NCBI RefSeq assembly: GCF_021869535.1 | Contig: NW_026262667.1 | Location: 6,820,001 to 6,884,000 of the forward strand | Source: Mytilus californianus | Lineage: Eukaryota | DNA length: 64,000 nt | Direction of reading: 5' to 3' | In this document: in pieces, positions 62,101-64,000 of the stretch | Numbering within the stretch: the first letter of the stretch is position 1 | Layout: every line of letters begins with the position of its first letter | Made by a program: the position numbers and the translations under genes | The notes under the pieces: model-generated | The model's input: the letters and a program-made list of their open reading frames with translations, nothing else | Databases searched by the model: none | What the model was told of the DNA's origin: nothing

Positions 62101-62122
62101 GTGATATGTTCAAGCCAAGCAT
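55964..62122 (-). CDS. Secreted GH114 family endo-alpha-1,4-polygalactosaminidase-like protein, 263 aa; join complement(61920..62122, 61284..61427, 59887..60041, 57194..57342, 55964..56104)
   Basis: Five exons of 203+144+155+149+141 = 792 nt give 263 aa plus TGA. All introns are GT..AG with matching phases (2,2,1,0). Motifs in family order: signal peptide, WWHLHP, VVDLFDVP, GKKVICYFSAGTKENWRNDAGEFP, WPGETWVDIR, CDGVDPDNVNGW, DQLDYNRYLA, AHENGLAIGLKND, FDFAINESC, KPVFHIQY. These are recalled hallmarks of Glyco_hydro_114. Confidence 0.92.
56538..56798 (+). repeat. Family A 3'-end copy in GH114 intron 4
   Basis: gaatgtgacctaccg...gagcaacacgacgggtgccacatgtggagcag...atctttcgcctctctttt. Confidence 0.82.
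57194..57342 (-). CDS. GH114 gene exon 4 (contains INESC motif, putative catalytic Glu198)
   Basis: Acceptor aatttgcAG|TG; AHENGLAIGLKNDVSQISDLVGDFDFAINESCMEYHECDLYKPFFDARK; donor AAG|GTATAC. Confidence 0.92.
57968..58180 (-). repeat. Degenerate family A copy in GH114 intron 3
   Basis: aaactgacaacgcc...gactgagcaaaacgaacccc...ggaagggttggcagatcctg. Confidence 0.7.
59887..60041 (-). CDS. GH114 gene exon 3 (contains DPDNV motif, putative catalytic Asp139)
   Basis: Acceptor tgtttgcAG|A; VRRIMRDRIEYANSRHCDGVDPDNVNGWSQNQAGLHLTQDDQLDYNRYLAT; donor G|GTAATA. Confidence 0.92.
60387..60530 (-). mobile_element. Degenerate SINE with Meta-domain-like core, in GH114 intron 2
   Basis: Minus strand gttcgagtgggtcaaaacaaagact...tatttgctgcttctc resembles bivalve core SINEs as recalled. 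Confidence 0.45.
60536..61268 (+). mobile_element. Helentron-associated non-autonomous element (HINE/DINE-like) in GH114 intron 2
   Basis: Subterminal atgtctcgcct near the 5' end and tatgtctcgc...gtaggcg..aaaaa at the 3' end; degenerate internal core repeats (gaggtcag/gaggccaaggtcag, caccaaa..tagttgac, cacct.acaat). Confidence 0.5.
61284..61427 (-). CDS. GH114 gene exon 2
   Basis: Acceptor ttttcaaaaatcAG|G; NGKKVICYFSAGTKENWRNDAGEFPSNGLGVPNKDWPGETWVDIRNS; donor CA|GTGTGT. Confidence 0.92.
61920..62122 (-). CDS. GH114 gene exon 1 (ATG, signal peptide, N-terminal strand)
   Basis: ATG at 62122; MLGLNISLILVIFIMCFSFEHASWWHLHP...VVDLFDVPKSIIDNLH; donor AG|GTATGT after 61920. Confidence 0.9.
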
Positions 62123-63532
62123 TGATCTATTCTATGTTTAGTATCTTTGTTCAATGTTTAGTTTTCTAATCAGTCGTGACCTCTCGTTATTTATATATAT
62201 AGAGATTTTAGAACAAAGGTTTCGTTATGTGAGTTAACATATTGTATGAAAGTCTAAGTTGGCGGTTTAAATTATATGTGTGCAGTACAGGCATTGCTAA
62301 ACCAAGCTACTGAAATAACTTTGTGCATTAGTGTAACAATATGTTACTTCTCTTCGTTTTACACAGGAATCACTCTTTCCAAACTGAAAGACAGATTGAA
62401 AGAATGAGCCAAACATCTCTTTCAGTTGATGCGATATCTCAGGGCTTATGTTTCCAATAGATCATTATTAACTTGATAAAGGGTCGCTACTTACAGGAAA
62501 ATCTTTCCAATATAATCCCGATAACTAGAAGTTCTCCAAAATTTTTATGGACCTAGTTATAGACTAGATGTGTCGGAACGATCGAATGGACCCGCTCGCG
62601 CAAAAAAGCTCTGTGGAAATCTAAGAATGAAAGTCCGTATAACTGTTATTTTCACAAAATTGTCAAAATCTACAGTCCGTAATTTCAGCAAACATCAGCG
62701 GAGCGGAACAACTCATTATTGTAGACTCACATACTAAAAATCAGCTCAATATGTGAAGGCGTTTAGAAAAAAGTCCTTAGTGTCTAGTCCACAGAGATGT
62801 ATGAGATAGCCGAAGTCAACGAGGCAGAAATGTTAGTAAGGGACATGATAAGAAAATAAAATATTAGTTTAGAAACAAAATCCAATCAAAGACAGAATAT
62901 ATAAGTTCAAGGATACGAATCAAGATATTCGTTCCTTGCCAAAAAAAGGAAAAAACACAAAAAAAGCATAAAAACAAAACAAAAACAAAAACCAAAAAAC
63001 AAATACAGAAAACGGATATTTTGGCAAAAGCATATGAACAATTTAAGGAAATAAAAGTATCTGGAAGTTGTTTTGCTTGCTGTACTTTAAACTAAGATGA
63101 TTTGCCTGTGACATTTACTACATAAAAAATAGATGAACTAATACCAACTTATATAACTTTAAAGCTTGCTGTTCGATGTGAGCCAAGGCTCCGTGTTGAA
63201 GGCCGTACTTTGACCTATAATTGTTTACTTTTTACACGTTGTGACTTGGATGGATAGTTGTCTCATTGGCACTCATACCACATCTTCTTATTTATATTTA
63301 GTACATTATGGCTAAACCATGATTCAGAGGTGTTTTAGAACAGAAAATAAAACGATCTTAGTACAGATGTCGATGCAAATTTTTTATTAGTTTACGGTGT
63401 ATCAGATATTGTGTATTTCCTTAAAACCCTTAACAAATGTCCATTTCTTTGTATATGAAGTGAACATATCAGGAATTACATGCTGTAGGAAGCTATGCCA
63501 TGAACATGTATTTTCTATCGAAATCCTACGGG

Positions 63533-63806
63533 GACTTTTTTGAGTTTATTACTACGACATGCTCACTACTCACAAATGTAAATCTTCTTTCTTTTTGTAA
63601 TGCGTCTCTACTAAAGCTAGAAATTACCAAATATACGGCAAATAATAACGGAGCTTTATAGGATTAGGACAATCAATGGCCATTATTCTCACCATTCTTG
63701 GCAAACAACTTTGCCGTAGGAAACTGTACACAAATACGCAAAAGTGAGCCCATACCCATAATTGACTTTTTTGAGTTTATTACTACGACATGCTCACTAC
63801 TCACAA
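63533..63806. repeat. Perfect 43-bp direct repeat (63533-63575, 63764-63806) bracketing 188 bp
   Basis: gacttttttgagtttattactacgacatgctcactactcacaa twice. Confidence 0.88.
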
Positions 63807-64000
63807 GGAGGAGGTGTGTTTTCATTTTGAGAAAAAAAAGATTGCTGCTGTCATTCAAAATAAACTATTGTAGTTTGGGCATATAATCTATCCGAAAAAG
63901 TATCCAACTAGATAAATATCAAATCAGGTTTGATAGACATACTTAAAACTTAATTTGAAATGTTTTGCTGGTAGCTGTCATTCAAGATGAATTCTAAAAG

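Noticed and set aside
55964-62122. GH114 as bacterial or fungal contamination
   Set aside because: Long introns (up to 2.5 kb) contain the same SINE, PLE and Helentron-like families found throughout the window, and base composition is continuous with the flanks.
1-64000. CRISPR array, operon or prophage
   Set aside because: No regularly spaced repeat-spacer array and no prokaryotic gene density; all repeats fit eukaryotic TE or tandem classes.

Overview
AT-rich eukaryotic genomic DNA with spliceosomal introns; the repeat families point to a bivalve, most likely a Mytilus mussel (inference). Three host genes are supported, all carbohydrate-related. (1) An HtrL/YibB-like putative glycosyltransferase on the minus strand: main exon 3946-4853, probable first exon 5006-5051. 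(2) A GT11 alpha-1,2-fucosyltransferase on the plus strand: main exon 38779-39752. (3) A complete five-exon, 263-aa secreted GH114 endo-alpha-1,4-polygalactosaminidase-like gene on the minus strand (55964-62122), rebuilt by hand from fragments in the ORF track. All four introns are GT-AG and phase-compatible, and both putative catalytic acids are present. GH114 is known mainly from bacteria and fungi, so this gene is the strongest novelty candidate. The rest is transposon-derived: many Penelope-like (Naiad-type) RT fragments and 3'-end/pseudo-LTR copies, an internally deleted BEL/Pao element, a Gypsy integrase remnant, tRNA-derived SINEs, Kolobok-type and hairpin MITEs, a Helentron-like insertion, tandem duplications and a minisatellite. 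There are also about ten minimal type I hammerhead ribozyme motifs whose stem-III palindromes covary between subfamilies, and a conserved, covarying RNA structure in the Naiad-type 3' end. Repeat boundaries were read by eye and are approximate; no database search was run.
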